Positions 48,046 to 57,185 of a DNA stretch of 64,000 nt are shown here, in pieces. The DNA is from Cyanobacteria bacterium auto_48_18. GTDB lineage: Bacteria > Cyanobacteriota > Vampirovibrionia > Obscuribacterales > Obscuribacteraceae. The translations under genes were made by a program, and so were the position numbers. The stretch spans positions 64,001-128,000 of the forward strand of contig JAVHQC010000033.1 of the NCBI GenBank assembly GCA_036170915.1, given 5' to 3'. How positions within the stretch are numbered: position 1 is the stretch's first letter; each line of letters begins with the position of its first letter. The notes beneath the pieces are model-generated. The model searched no databases. It was not told the DNA's origin and saw only the letters and a program-made list of their open reading frames with translations.

Positions 48046-49482
48046 GTGCAGATTATGGGTAATGCCACTGTTGATAAATCAGCCGACAAATCAGCTGATA
48101 AGTCAGACAAATCCGAAAAAGAAAAATCGGAGAGCAAAGAGAAAGATTCACAGGGTGGACTAAAAACCGCTGACGCTCAGCCACTGGTTTTTGAACGCTC
48201 AGGGAAACTTTTCACCCGGGCCAAAGAACACATTCCAGGTGGTGTCAATTCACCGGTGCGTTCCTGTAAATCTGTAGGCGTAGACCCTATCTTCATGGCC
48301 AACGCCGATGGCCCGCACATCTATGATGAAGACAAAAATTGCTACCTCGACTATGTGGGCTCATGGGGCGCCATGATTCTTGGTCATTGCCATCCTCGAG
48401 TAATGGAAGCGATTGAAACTGCAGTTCGCCGAGGCACCAGTTATGGTGCTCCCTGTAGAGCTGAAGTGGAAATAGCCGAACTGATTTGCTCGATGGTGCC
48501 ATCGATAGAAATGGTGCGCATGGTCAACTCAGGCACTGAAGCCTGCATGTCGGCTATCCGCCTGGCTCGCGCTTTTACTAAGCGTTCGCTGATCGTCAAG
48601 TTTGACGGTTGCTACCATGGTCACGCTGATTCATTTTTAGTTAAAGCAGGCTCTGGTATGGCTACTCTTGGTATTTCAAGCTCACCTGGTGTGCCTGAAG
48701 AATTGACCAAGTTGACGATTTCTCTACCTTACAACGATGTTGATGCACTGCGCGAAGCTTTTGCTAAAAAAGGCGACGAGATTGCCGCCATCATTGTCGA
48801 GCCTATTGTTGGTAACGCCGGTTTAATTGAACCTAGCGAAGATTTCATCAAATGCATGACCGGCCTTTGCAAAGACACCGGAGCGCTTCTCATTTATGAT
48901 GAAGTAATGACCGGTTTCAGAGTGGCCATGGGTGGTGCTCAAGAGCGTCAGAACGTCAAACCCGATTTAAGTTGTTTCGGCAAAGTAATTGGTGGTGGTT
49001 TGCCGGTTGGTGCTTATGGTGGCCGTAAAGACATTATGGAACACATCGCACCACAAGGTGATGTCTATCAAGCCGGAACTCTATCAGGCAATCCACTGGC
49101 TATGGCTGCTGGTCTTGCACAATTGCGTTTCCTCAAGCAAACCAAACCGCACGAGAGATTAGGCGAAATTACCGAAATGCTGGCCAAAGGAATTGTTGAA
49201 ATCGGCGAGAAATTGTCGGTACCAGTACAGGTGGCACATGTGCCTGGAATGCTCAGTTTCTTCTTTACTGATAAACCAGTAACTGATTTTGCCGGCGCCC
49301 AAAAGTCTGATACCGAATTGTTTGCTAAAGTCTGGCGTGGGCTGCTTGAACGTGGCATCTACTGGCCACCTTCACAGTTTGAATCAGCCTTTGTTTCAAT
49401 CATTCATTCTAAGGCGGACGTGAGACAAACACTTGAAGCCTTTGAAGGAAGTTTGAAAGAAGCTACGGCTAAATCTAAGTAA
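48046..49482 (+). CDS. hemL: Glutamate-1-semialdehyde 2,1-aminomutase
   Basis: IPGGVNSPVR, DYVGSWG, NSGTEA, GCYHGH, DEVMTGFR, GKVIGGG, YQAGTLSGNP. Confidence 0.97.
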   Translation: MQIMGNATVDKSADKSADKSDKSEKEKSESKEKDSQGGLKTADAQPLVFERSGKLFTRAKEHIPGGVNSPVRSCKSVGVDPIFMANADGPHIYDEDKNCYLDYVGSWGAMILGHCHPRVMEAIETAVRRGTSYGAPCRAEVEIAELICSMVPSIEMVRMVNSGTEACMSAIRLARAFTKRSLIVKFDGCYHGHADSFLVKAGSGMATLGISSSPGVPEELTKLTISLPYNDVDALREAFAKKGDEIAAIIVEPIVGNAGLIEPSEDFIKCMTGLCKDTGALLIYDEVMTGFRVAMGGAQERQNVKPDLSCFGKVIGGGLPVGAYGGRKDIMEHIAPQGDVYQAGTLSGNPLAMAAGLAQLRFLKQTKPHERLGEITEMLAKGIVEIGEKLSVPVQVAHVPGMLSFFFTDKPVTDFAGAQKSDTELFAKVWRGLLERGIYWPPSQFESAFVSIIHSKADVRQTLEAFEGSLKEATAKSK

Positions 49483-49519
49483 TAAGCTTTCGTTTCTCAG
49501 TGAAGTAAGTGAGGATATT

Positions 49520-49819
49520 GTGCAATTTATCGTAACTGGATACGACGGTTCTGACGCGGGTGCACTTGAACGTCGTACTGCCGTTCGCGAAGCGCATTTA
49601 GTTGGTGCCACAGCCATGAAAGCAGCGGGCCAACTTTTGTTCGGTACGGCTATTTTGAATGACGACGACAAAATGATTGGTTCAATATTGGTGGTTGAAT
49701 ATCCTGATCGTGCCGCTGTGGATGCCTGGCTTAAAGTTGAGCCTTATGTGGTTGGTGATGTCTGGCGCAAGATTGAAATTGCTCCATGCCGCGTGGCACC
49801 GATGTTTCAGGCTAAATAA
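49520..49819 (+). CDS. YciI family protein
   Basis: RR..VREAHL, MIGSIL, EPYVVGDVW. Confidence 0.85.
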   Translation: MQFIVTGYDGSDAGALERRTAVREAHLVGATAMKAAGQLLFGTAILNDDDKMIGSILVVEYPDRAAVDAWLKVEPYVVGDVWRKIEIAPCRVAPMFQAK

Positions 49820-49934
49820 ACTGTGCCGCCCTGGCAAGATTAGATAGAAGATTAGATGGAAGGCAGGTGTCTTCTCTAAACTTAACCGTGCACGTTTCAG
49901 TTTGCGAAGATTAAAAGCACCTGTTTCAGTTTTA

Positions 49935-50681
49935 TTAGACCTCCACCTCCGATCTCATAATTGCTCTGGCCACCGTCAAAACAGTCACTTTTTTAGCTCC
50001 AGCTGCCATTAGCGCGTCGCGGCACGCAAGCGCAGTGGCACCTGATGTCAGCACGTCGTCAATCAAGATCACTGATTTGCCCTCGACACGTGGCGAAGCG
50101 CTAAAGGCATCTTTCACATTGGCTGAGCGTTTTAATTTACTCAAACCGTATTGTGGCTCAGTTATTCGTGTGCGAATTAAAGCTCTGCTGTCATGCTTTA
50201 AACCAGCGAGACGTGCCAGTTGACGAGCGATTAAATCACTTTGATTGAATCCTCTCTCTTTTAATTTTTTCCGGTGCAATGGTACTGCTACAACAATTAC
50301 ACCTTTTTTCCCTTCCTTTAAAAGTGATGACAACGCTGGCAATAGCAGCTGTGCCAGTTCGCCGCCCAGGTGAGTCATGCCGCGATATTTAAATGTGCGT
50401 ATAGTATCGCGTGCGGTGCCTTGATAGGCGTAGACGCTGACGCATTTCATGGGGGTGTCGCCACCAATGGTGCAACAAATTAAATTCTGAACGCCCTGAC
50501 AATGTAGTTTTTGCACACAAGATTGACAGAGAAATTTTGACTGTGGACACTTGTGAATATTTAGTGAAAGGGGCGGAGGCAATATTTCCTTTTCGCACAC
50601 GTTGCAAATGCGACTGCCAAGTAAAATTGCTGCACGCGACTCAAGATTGATAAACAACTGTTTGACTATTTGAAAAAACAT
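49935..50681 (-). CDS. comF: ComF family protein (zinc ribbon plus phosphoribosyltransferase-like)
   Basis: CxxC motifs, VPLH, RGFNQS, ILIDDVLTSGAT. Confidence 0.88.
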   Translation of the reverse strand: MFFQIVKQLFINLESRAAILLGSRICNVCEKEILPPPLSLNIHKCPQSKFLCQSCVQKLHCQGVQNLICCTIGGDTPMKCVSVYAYQGTARDTIRTFKYRGMTHLGGELAQLLLPALSSLLKEGKKGVIVVAVPLHRKKLKERGFNQSDLIARQLARLAGLKHDSRALIRTRITEPQYGLSKLKRSANVKDAFSASPRVEGKSVILIDDVLTSGATALACRDALMAAGAKKVTVLTVARAIMRSEVEV

Positions 50682-50749
50682 AGTGATATCCCTCCTTTCT
50701 CTTTAACGAGTGGGAGGCGATTAAAGTTCAAGTAGAATGGCTAAATTAA

Positions 50750-52024
50750 TTGGAGTTGAAACTGACCGTGCAATTTGAAGAGTTGATTGAAGAGGCTGAA
50801 ATTGAGTTGAAAGATGCTTTCGCTCGCATTGACGGCATCGCCTTGATTAATCAGAAGAGAGTGCTTGATAGCTACCGTCAGCATCAAATCACCGAAGAAT
50901 ATTTCGCTGAGCGCACCGGTTACGGAATAGACGACATCGGGCGCGAAATGATCGACAAAGTTTTCGCCTCAGTGTTTCAAGCTGAAGCCGCGGCCGTGCG
51001 CGTGCAGATGGTGTCAGGCACGCACGCCATAGCCTGTGCTTTGTTCGGCAACCTTGAGCCGGGCGACACAATGGTGGTTTTGACTGGCAAACCCTATGAC
51101 ACCCTCGAGGAAGTTATCGGCATTGGCGAGCAACCAGTGCGGGGGTCGCTTAAATCGCTGGGAGTGCACTATAAAGAATTGGCTCTTGACGCTGGCGCGT
51201 CTGCGGCTGAATTGGCCGCAGAAATAAAGGCAGTGGCACCGGCGAAGCTCTATCACATCCAAAAATCACGCGGTTACTCAGTGGCACGGCCGACTTTGTC
51301 TAATGCCGACATCGCCAAGCTAGCTCTTGCCGTGAAGAGCGTAGACGCAAATGCCATCGTCTTTGTTGATAACTGCTATGGCGAGTTTGTGGAAGACAAA
51401 GAGCCCGTGGCGGTGGGCGCCGATCTAATGGCTGGCTCTCTGATAAAAAATCCGGGGGGAGGCCTGGCACTCACCGGTGGATACGTGGCTGGCCGCAAAG
51501 ATCTCGTGGAAGGCGCCTTATTGCGGTTAACTGCACCAGGTATCGGCGGCCATCTCGGCATTACTTTCAATCAGAATCGTCCGATTTTGCAGGGCCTTTT
51601 CCTTGCTCCGTCTGTGGTCTCGCAGGCGGTGAAAGGGGCCATGCTGGTGGCCTGCGTCTTTAAGAAACTTGGTCTTAAAGTTAATCCGGAGCCGCTGGAT
51701 GCTCGTTATGACATCATTCAGGCCGTAGAATTCGGCAGGCGCGATAGTCTTATAAATTTCTGCCGCGCATTGCAGAGCTTTTCGCCGGTGAACGCTCATG
51801 TGGCACCTGAGCCGAGTTCGATGCCCGGATACGCTGATCAGGTGATTATGGCCGGCGGTACGTTCATTGAGGGGGCTACCATCGAACTTTCAGCAGATGG
51901 TCCGCTGCGGCCGCCTTACGCCGTTTATTTGCAAGGAGGTCTCTCATATCTTCATGTTAAGTGCGCGCTTCTGGGCTCTTTAAATCTCTCAGCGCAAGGT
52001 CTCACGCCTTTCCTTCCCTCTTAA
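50750..52024 (+). CDS. Methionine gamma-lyase family / YnbB-like PLP enzyme
   Basis: TGYG.DD.GR, VSGTHA, PYDTLEEVIG, DNCYGEF, GSLIKNPGG, GATIELSADGP. Confidence 0.9.
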   Translation: MELKLTVQFEELIEEAEIELKDAFARIDGIALINQKRVLDSYRQHQITEEYFAERTGYGIDDIGREMIDKVFASVFQAEAAAVRVQMVSGTHAIACALFGNLEPGDTMVVLTGKPYDTLEEVIGIGEQPVRGSLKSLGVHYKELALDAGASAAELAAEIKAVAPAKLYHIQKSRGYSVARPTLSNADIAKLALAVKSVDANAIVFVDNCYGEFVEDKEPVAVGADLMAGSLIKNPGGGLALTGGYVAGRKDLVEGALLRLTAPGIGGHLGITFNQNRPILQGLFLAPSVVSQAVKGAMLVACVFKKLGLKVNPEPLDARYDIIQAVEFGRRDSLINFCRALQSFSPVNAHVAPEPSSMPGYADQVIMAGGTFIEGATIELSADGPLRPPYAVYLQGGLSYLHVKCALLGSLNLSAQGLTPFLPS

Positions 52025-52098
52025 AAGAAGTCTCGAATTTAATATTGACGCCCACTTTTAAGACTATTCTCCTTATAATTGGGTGAGTTCAACATTAC

Positions 52099-53100
52099 TT
52101 GTTTGAGGATTTGCTAGTGGTAGCTCAAATGCCAGCCAGACAGCACTCGATGCCCGGTGTAAAGCCGGAGCTGAAAATTCTCTCGGGTACCGCTAATCCT
52201 GAACTGGCGAAAGAAGTCGGCGACCACCTGGGCATTAACCTGTCGCCCTTGAAAATCAAACCGTTCTCGGATGGTGAGATTTATGTGCAGTTGCAAGAGA
52301 GCGTCAGAGGCGATGATTGCTTCGTCATCCAGCCCACCTGTACGCCCGTCAATGAAAATTTGATGGAATTGTTGATTTTGATAGATGCCCTTAAAAGAGC
52401 TTCGGCTGGCCGCATTACAGTGGTAATGCCTTACTACGGTTACGGCCGCCAAGACAGAAAAGCCGCCGGGCGCGAGGCCATTACAGCCAAACTGATAGCC
52501 GACCTGCTTACGACAGCAGGCGCCCAGAGAGTCGTCGCACTTGATTTACATGCGCCACAAATCATGGGCTTTTTCAATATTCTTGTTGATCACCTCTACG
52601 CCAGCCCCGTTCTGCTTGAATATGTGCGCGATTTGAATCTATCCGATATCGTTCTGGTTTCACCCGACGTGGGCGGCGTGTCACGCACACGCGCTTTCGC
52701 CAAAAAACTAGATGACGCACCGATCGCCATCATCGACAAACGCCGCACCAAACACAACGTAGCCGAAGTTATGAGCGTGGTTGGTGACGTCAAAGGCAAG
52801 ACCGCAATTATGGTCGACGACATGGTGGACACTGCGGGAACACTGGTAAAAGGCGCCGAGCTTTTAGTCAGAGAAGGTGCCACAAGAGTTTTTGCCTGTG
52901 CTACACACGCTGTGCTCTCTGGTCCTGCCAATGAGCGTTTGGAAGAATCTCCAATCGAGCAGTTGATCGTCACCAATTCGATTCCTCACGACATGACTAA
53001 CATGTCCAAAAAGATAGTACCGCTCTCGGTGGCTAAATTATTGGGCGAAGCTATCTGGCGCATACATGACGACTCGTCTGTCAGCGAGATGTTTGAATGA
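52099..53100 (+). CDS. prs: Ribose-phosphate pyrophosphokinase
   Basis: FSDGE, PYYGYGRQDRK, DLHAPQI, SPDVGG, VDDMVDTAGT; start approximate. Confidence 0.97.
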   Translation: MFEDLLVVAQMPARQHSMPGVKPELKILSGTANPELAKEVGDHLGINLSPLKIKPFSDGEIYVQLQESVRGDDCFVIQPTCTPVNENLMELLILIDALKRASAGRITVVMPYYGYGRQDRKAAGREAITAKLIADLLTTAGAQRVVALDLHAPQIMGFFNILVDHLYASPVLLEYVRDLNLSDIVLVSPDVGGVSRTRAFAKKLDDAPIAIIDKRRTKHNVAEVMSVVGDVKGKTAIMVDDMVDTAGTLVKGAELLVREGATRVFACATHAVLSGPANERLEESPIEQLIVTNSIPHDMTNMSKKIVPLSVAKLLGEAIWRIHDDSSVSEMFE

Positions 53101-53735
53101 GTCTCATTCTTGAAAGTTTTCCGGTTGGTCCGCTGCAATGCAATTGCTCAATCATCGGATGTAAAGAAACCGGTGAAGCCGCGGTTGTTGACCCAGGCGG
53201 CGACGTTGATTTGATTTTGGAAGCAGTGAAAAAACACGGTTTGACTGTGAAATATTTGCTGCATACTCATGCTCATTTTGACCACATAATTGGCTCAAAG
53301 GCGATGAAAGAAAAAACTGGCGCCGCCATTTGTTTGAGCAAAGGCGATGAATTTTTGTACGACAATCTGCTGATGCAAGCATCGCGTTTTGGTTTCAAGG
53401 CAGAGGCACCACTGCCGGTGGATCACTATTTAGAGCACGAAGAAGAAGTGCAAATTGGTAACCACAAAGCACAAGTGATTCACACTCCAGGCCATACTCC
53501 TGGTTCTACTTGTTTCTGTATGCAAGATCAAGAGAGTGTGCTTTTTGCCGGAGATACTTTATTTCAGCGTTCAATCGGCCGCACAGATTTGTGGGGCGGT
53601 TCGTTTGAGCAGATAGTTGATTCTATTCAAAATCGGCTATTCACTTTAGACGACAGTACCAGAGTGGTGACAGGGCACGGGCCTGATACCGACATCTGGA
53701 CCGAAAAGAAACAAAATCCGTTTGTCGGCTCTTAG
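53097..53735 (+). CDS. MBL-fold metallo-hydrolase (glyoxalase II-like)
   Basis: THAHFDH, TPGHTPG, GDTLF, GRTDL, GHG. Confidence 0.92.
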   Translation: MSLILESFPVGPLQCNCSIIGCKETGEAAVVDPGGDVDLILEAVKKHGLTVKYLLHTHAHFDHIIGSKAMKEKTGAAICLSKGDEFLYDNLLMQASRFGFKAEAPLPVDHYLEHEEEVQIGNHKAQVIHTPGHTPGSTCFCMQDQESVLFAGDTLFQRSIGRTDLWGGSFEQIVDSIQNRLFTLDDSTRVVTGHGPDTDIWTEKKQNPFVGS

Positions 53736-53738
53736 GAG

Positions 53739-54866
53739 GTGGGTTTGAGACCAAAAGAGACAACAGAGCTGGATTTTAGACCGTTCAATTCGGATGGCGT
53801 CTTGAGAGCTTTGTGCAGTGTTCTTCGCAGCAGCAAACATTTATCTTGGAATTATGCTGGTGACATTCAAAGTGTAATCGAGCGCATCGGTAAAGTATTT
53901 GAAGCCGGGCGCAGTTTGATTTTTGTCACTTCACAGTCTCGCTCAGACATAGAAGTGTTCGAATATTCAGTTCCCGAATTAACTGCCGTGGCCCATCACT
54001 TCGCTACACCGCTTGGTCAGAAGTTGGCCGAGCAGCTCATTACTAATTCGGATGAGTTGGTAAAAATTTCAGACATGCACGAGTATGCTCTCGAACTAGA
54101 CGAGAATTATCGGGAGTTTTTCACTCGCGTCTGGGAAACTTTTGGCAAAGAGAAAAGCTATCTGATACCACTGCGAGTGCAATCAGAAGCAACTGGAGAG
54201 CGGAGAGCCGGCTTACTAGTACTTCAGGAAAGCGGTAACACCACTGGTGGTTGGAACAAGCTTGTACTTGATAGTTTGCTCGCTATTGCTGATTATTTAG
54301 CCAAGCTGGCTGAAGTGGAACAACTGGTAGCCAGTTTGGAAGCCAAAGAAACGGAAGACGCCAGTACCGGTCTTTTGAACAGGCGTGTCGCCACCGCTGT
54401 GATGGAAAAAGAAGTTGAAAGAGCGCGCTTTTGCGGTGACCCGCTAAGTCTGGCCATATTTGATCTAGATTTGAACAAGCGTTCGCCTGATCTTTATGGC
54501 TCCGCCAGTGGTGATGCCATAATCAAAACTGTTGCCACAGCGATTAAGAGTAATGGCCGTGTAATTGACAGTGTGGGCCGACTTGGTGTTGACGAATTTC
54601 TTGTTTGCCTTCCTCGCGTGTCGCCAGAAGAAGCGATGAAGTTGGCAGATTCTACTCGCAAGCGTGTCAATGAAGCACTAATGAATTTGGGAAAAACATT
54701 GCCCAAGCAACCAGATCTCTGGTATCCGCAAACCGTGAGCGTTGGCCTGGCGTCAATGGCGAACGGACGGGAATCATTTGAATCGCTGTTTTCGTCAGCG
54801 CAATTGTCACTGGCAGACGCGCAGTCGGCTGGTGGAAATTTAGTAAAGACCAATCATCCTGCGTAA
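53739..54866 (+). CDS. Sensor protein with degenerate GGDEF domain (GVDEF)
   Basis: DASTGLLNRR, FDLD, GDAII, GRLGVDEF, TVSVG; GAF-like N-terminal half. Confidence 0.8.
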   Translation: MGLRPKETTELDFRPFNSDGVLRALCSVLRSSKHLSWNYAGDIQSVIERIGKVFEAGRSLIFVTSQSRSDIEVFEYSVPELTAVAHHFATPLGQKLAEQLITNSDELVKISDMHEYALELDENYREFFTRVWETFGKEKSYLIPLRVQSEATGERRAGLLVLQESGNTTGGWNKLVLDSLLAIADYLAKLAEVEQLVASLEAKETEDASTGLLNRRVATAVMEKEVERARFCGDPLSLAIFDLDLNKRSPDLYGSASGDAIIKTVATAIKSNGRVIDSVGRLGVDEFLVCLPRVSPEEAMKLADSTRKRVNEALMNLGKTLPKQPDLWYPQTVSVGLASMANGRESFESLFSSAQLSLADAQSAGGNLVKTNHPA

Positions 54867-54894
54867 TATACCGAACGACTTTAGAGGTGGAATA

Positions 54895-55257
54895 ATGATC
54901 AAGAAATTCGTACTGAGCATCAGTCAAATTGCAGTTTCACTAGCGCTTGTTGGTTTTTGCGCTGCGCCTGTGCTGGCGGAAAGCGAAGCCGGTGGTTTCG
55001 TTATCGGTGCTGGTAGCGAATCTGGTGGCTTCCAAGGTATCGGCACTGGAGATTCTTCAAGTGAATCTGGCGGCGTTTACATGAGTGGTGGCGAATCACA
55101 ATCTGGCGGCGTCGGCATGAGCGGCGCAGAATCAGAGAGCGGCGGCCTGGCTGAAGTTGGCGCCAATAGCGAATCTGGTGGCATAACTGATCAAGGTTTC
55201 TCCAGTCAAGCAACTTCATTCGATCCACAATTTGGTATCAAAACTTACCGCTGGTAA
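54895..55257 (+). CDS. Secreted Gly/Ser-rich protein with six S-[EQ]-[SA]-GG repeats
   Basis: GAGGTGG RBS; signal peptide ending PVLA; repeats synonymously diverged at DNA level. Confidence 0.8.
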   Translation: MIKKFVLSISQIAVSLALVGFCAAPVLAESEAGGFVIGAGSESGGFQGIGTGDSSSESGGVYMSGGESQSGGVGMSGAESESGGLAEVGANSESGGITDQGFSSQATSFDPQFGIKTYRW

Positions 55258-56035
55258 GCTTGTTCAGCTGCTCACTTAAAGCACTATCAGATATTTTGAG
55301 TTTCTTTGCATTGATGATGCGCGCTTTGAGCACATCTTTGAGCAAAATTTTGCGTTCGCTTTGAGTATTTTTGTCAGTCAGTTTCTCGAGAGAGTTTTGC
55401 ACTGCTGCCATTTCTTCCATGGCAAAATATGGCACGTTGTTTTTCTCGGCTTCCTGAGCCATTTCAAGCTGCAAACGAAAAACTTTTATGCTCTGTGCCG
55501 CAGACAGATTTCCTGGTTTTTGCAGTGCTTCTATGCGGTCGGCCAGACTCTTAACTGACGATTTTTTCATTGCTTCTACGCGCCAGTCAATCGCTGGTGG
55601 TGAGCCTAACATCACTGGCGGGTCTACTCTGACACGGCCCATCTTCATATAGACTTCGCTATCTTTTGTCACTGACTTTGAGGCTTTCACATCTTTGTTT
55701 TGAGCCATAGCCGGCAAAACAACAAGGAGAAGCGCGGCTACCGCAGCAGCTAAAGACTGAACTTTACGCCAGAAATCGCGAATTCGCCGCAGCCCCACTG
55801 GGCAGTCGTCAGTGATGATGGTGCCATCCTGACGAACATACAGTTTCATGCAAGGCAGAGCACCAGCAGCAGCGCCGCGCTGTATTAATAGCTCGGCCTC
55901 TGCTTTACTCATATTGGAGATATCGTAGACGTTTTTACTGCACTGTCCACAAAACCGCACTGCATCGTTTTCGGTTTGACCCATGTCGTTCCAGGAGGCA
56001 GAACATGGTGTGGCAATGCGCAAATTATCTAACAT
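55238..56035 (-). CDS. Membrane protein with N-terminal Cys-rich domain (paralogue 2)
   Basis: IATPCSASW...RFCGQC...C...DDCPVG, then a hydrophobic helix and a helical C-domain. Confidence 0.8.
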   Translation of the reverse strand: MLDNLRIATPCSASWNDMGQTENDAVRFCGQCSKNVYDISNMSKAEAELLIQRGAAAGALPCMKLYVRQDGTIITDDCPVGLRRIRDFWRKVQSLAAAVAALLLVVLPAMAQNKDVKASKSVTKDSEVYMKMGRVRVDPPVMLGSPPAIDWRVEAMKKSSVKSLADRIEALQKPGNLSAAQSIKVFRLQLEMAQEAEKNNVPYFAMEEMAAVQNSLEKLTDKNTQSERKILLKDVLKARIINAKKLKISDSALSEQLNKLTSGKF

Positions 56036-56036
56036 A

Positions 56037-56891
56037 TTATTTTCCGCTTTCTAATTTTGTCAGTTGCGTTTTAAATTCGCTGTCGTCTACTTTCAAAATT
56101 TGAGCGTTGTTGATACGCGCTTTCAGAATATCTTGCATCAGTGATTTCTCTGCTTGCTTCCCAAGAACGGCGTTTTGGGCCGAAACTTGAAGTTGCTTCA
56201 GTTCACATTGGGCAAAGGCCGGAACCTTTTGTTTGTCCGCTTCTTGTGCCATTTGCAAGCGCAGGCGCATCACTTTCAGCTTTTCTTCTTTTGATAGATT
56301 TCCTTTCTTTTCTAACTTCTCGATTTTCTCTGAAATCGATTTTACTGAGGGCTTGCTCATGGCCACAGCCTGCCATTTGTCGGCGGCCGGATTTATTACA
56401 TTTGGTGCCACCATACCGCCGGTGGGTTGCGACATCATGGGCTTTCCACCGAGCATGACCGGTTCTCCGCGCAAGGCTCGCTCTTGTTCGCTAGGAATTG
56501 CTACTTTTCCTTTTTCCGCACGTATATTGTTCTGCGCAAATGCTGGGATACTAACGCAAAACAGCGCCAGGGCAGCTGCCGCTGAGCTTTTAAGCCGACG
56601 CCAACTGTCTCTGATGCGCCTCAGCCCCACTGGGCAATCGTCGGTGATCACCGTGCCGTCAAAGCGCCTGTACAACTGCATGCAGGCCATGTTTCCCCCG
56701 GCCTCACCCTGCTGAATAAGCAGGCCGGCTTCTGCGGTAGTTAGTTGAGAAATGTCATAGACTTTTTTACTGCATTGTCCACAAAAGCGGACAGCGTCGC
56801 TATCTGTTTCACCCATGGTGGCCCAGGGCACAGAACATGGGCTGGCTATCTGTAGATCATTCAACATGCTCTTTGTGTCATTAGCTGTCAT
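56037..56891 (-). CDS. Membrane protein with N-terminal Cys-rich domain (paralogue 1)
   Basis: IASPCSVPW...RFCGQC...C...DDCPVG; start at ATG 56891 after GGAG (ORF track 56906). Confidence 0.8.
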   Translation of the reverse strand: MTANDTKSMLNDLQIASPCSVPWATMGETDSDAVRFCGQCSKKVYDISQLTTAEAGLLIQQGEAGGNMACMQLYRRFDGTVITDDCPVGLRRIRDSWRRLKSSAAAALALFCVSIPAFAQNNIRAEKGKVAIPSEQERALRGEPVMLGGKPMMSQPTGGMVAPNVINPAADKWQAVAMSKPSVKSISEKIEKLEKKGNLSKEEKLKVMRLRLQMAQEADKQKVPAFAQCELKQLQVSAQNAVLGKQAEKSLMQDILKARINNAQILKVDDSEFKTQLTKLESGK

Positions 56892-57032
56892 ATGCGTCTC
56901 CAACATCAGTAATTCGATCTTAGACGTGAGCGGCTTCCCGCTCTATAGGATTTACCCTGAGCAGTGCTTTCCTAGCATTAAGGCTGAACCAAGCGCTTAT
57001 TTGGCAGTCAGGTCGGTGGTTTCGAGCTGCCG

Positions 57033-57098
57033 CTGATTAATACCTACAACCCATGAGTTGTAAGTTTCTACAACTTAAGAGTTGTAAAATTCCTTAGC
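57033..57098. repeat. Double-palindrome element, copy B
   Basis: ctgatt-aatacc-TACAAC-ccatga-GTTGTA-agtttc-TACAAC-ttaaga-GTTGTA-aaattc-CTTAGC; spacing identical to copy A. Confidence 0.85.
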
Positions 57099-57133
57099 AT
57101 TTCTTTCACTACCCCTGCATCCGGACCACCAGC

Positions 57134-57161
57134 AAAAAAAAGGAGACCCGAAAGTCTCCTT
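57134..57161 (-). terminator. Intrinsic terminator of the TPR gene
   Basis: Minus strand GGAGAC-tttcgg-GTCTCC-TTTTTTTT. Confidence 0.88.
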
Positions 57162-57185
57162 CTTTCTATACAGCGTCAGCCAGTG

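Noticed and set aside
49836..49932. Short repeats AAGATTAGAT and GTTTCAGTTT between convergent genes
   Set aside because: Too short and irregular to support any function
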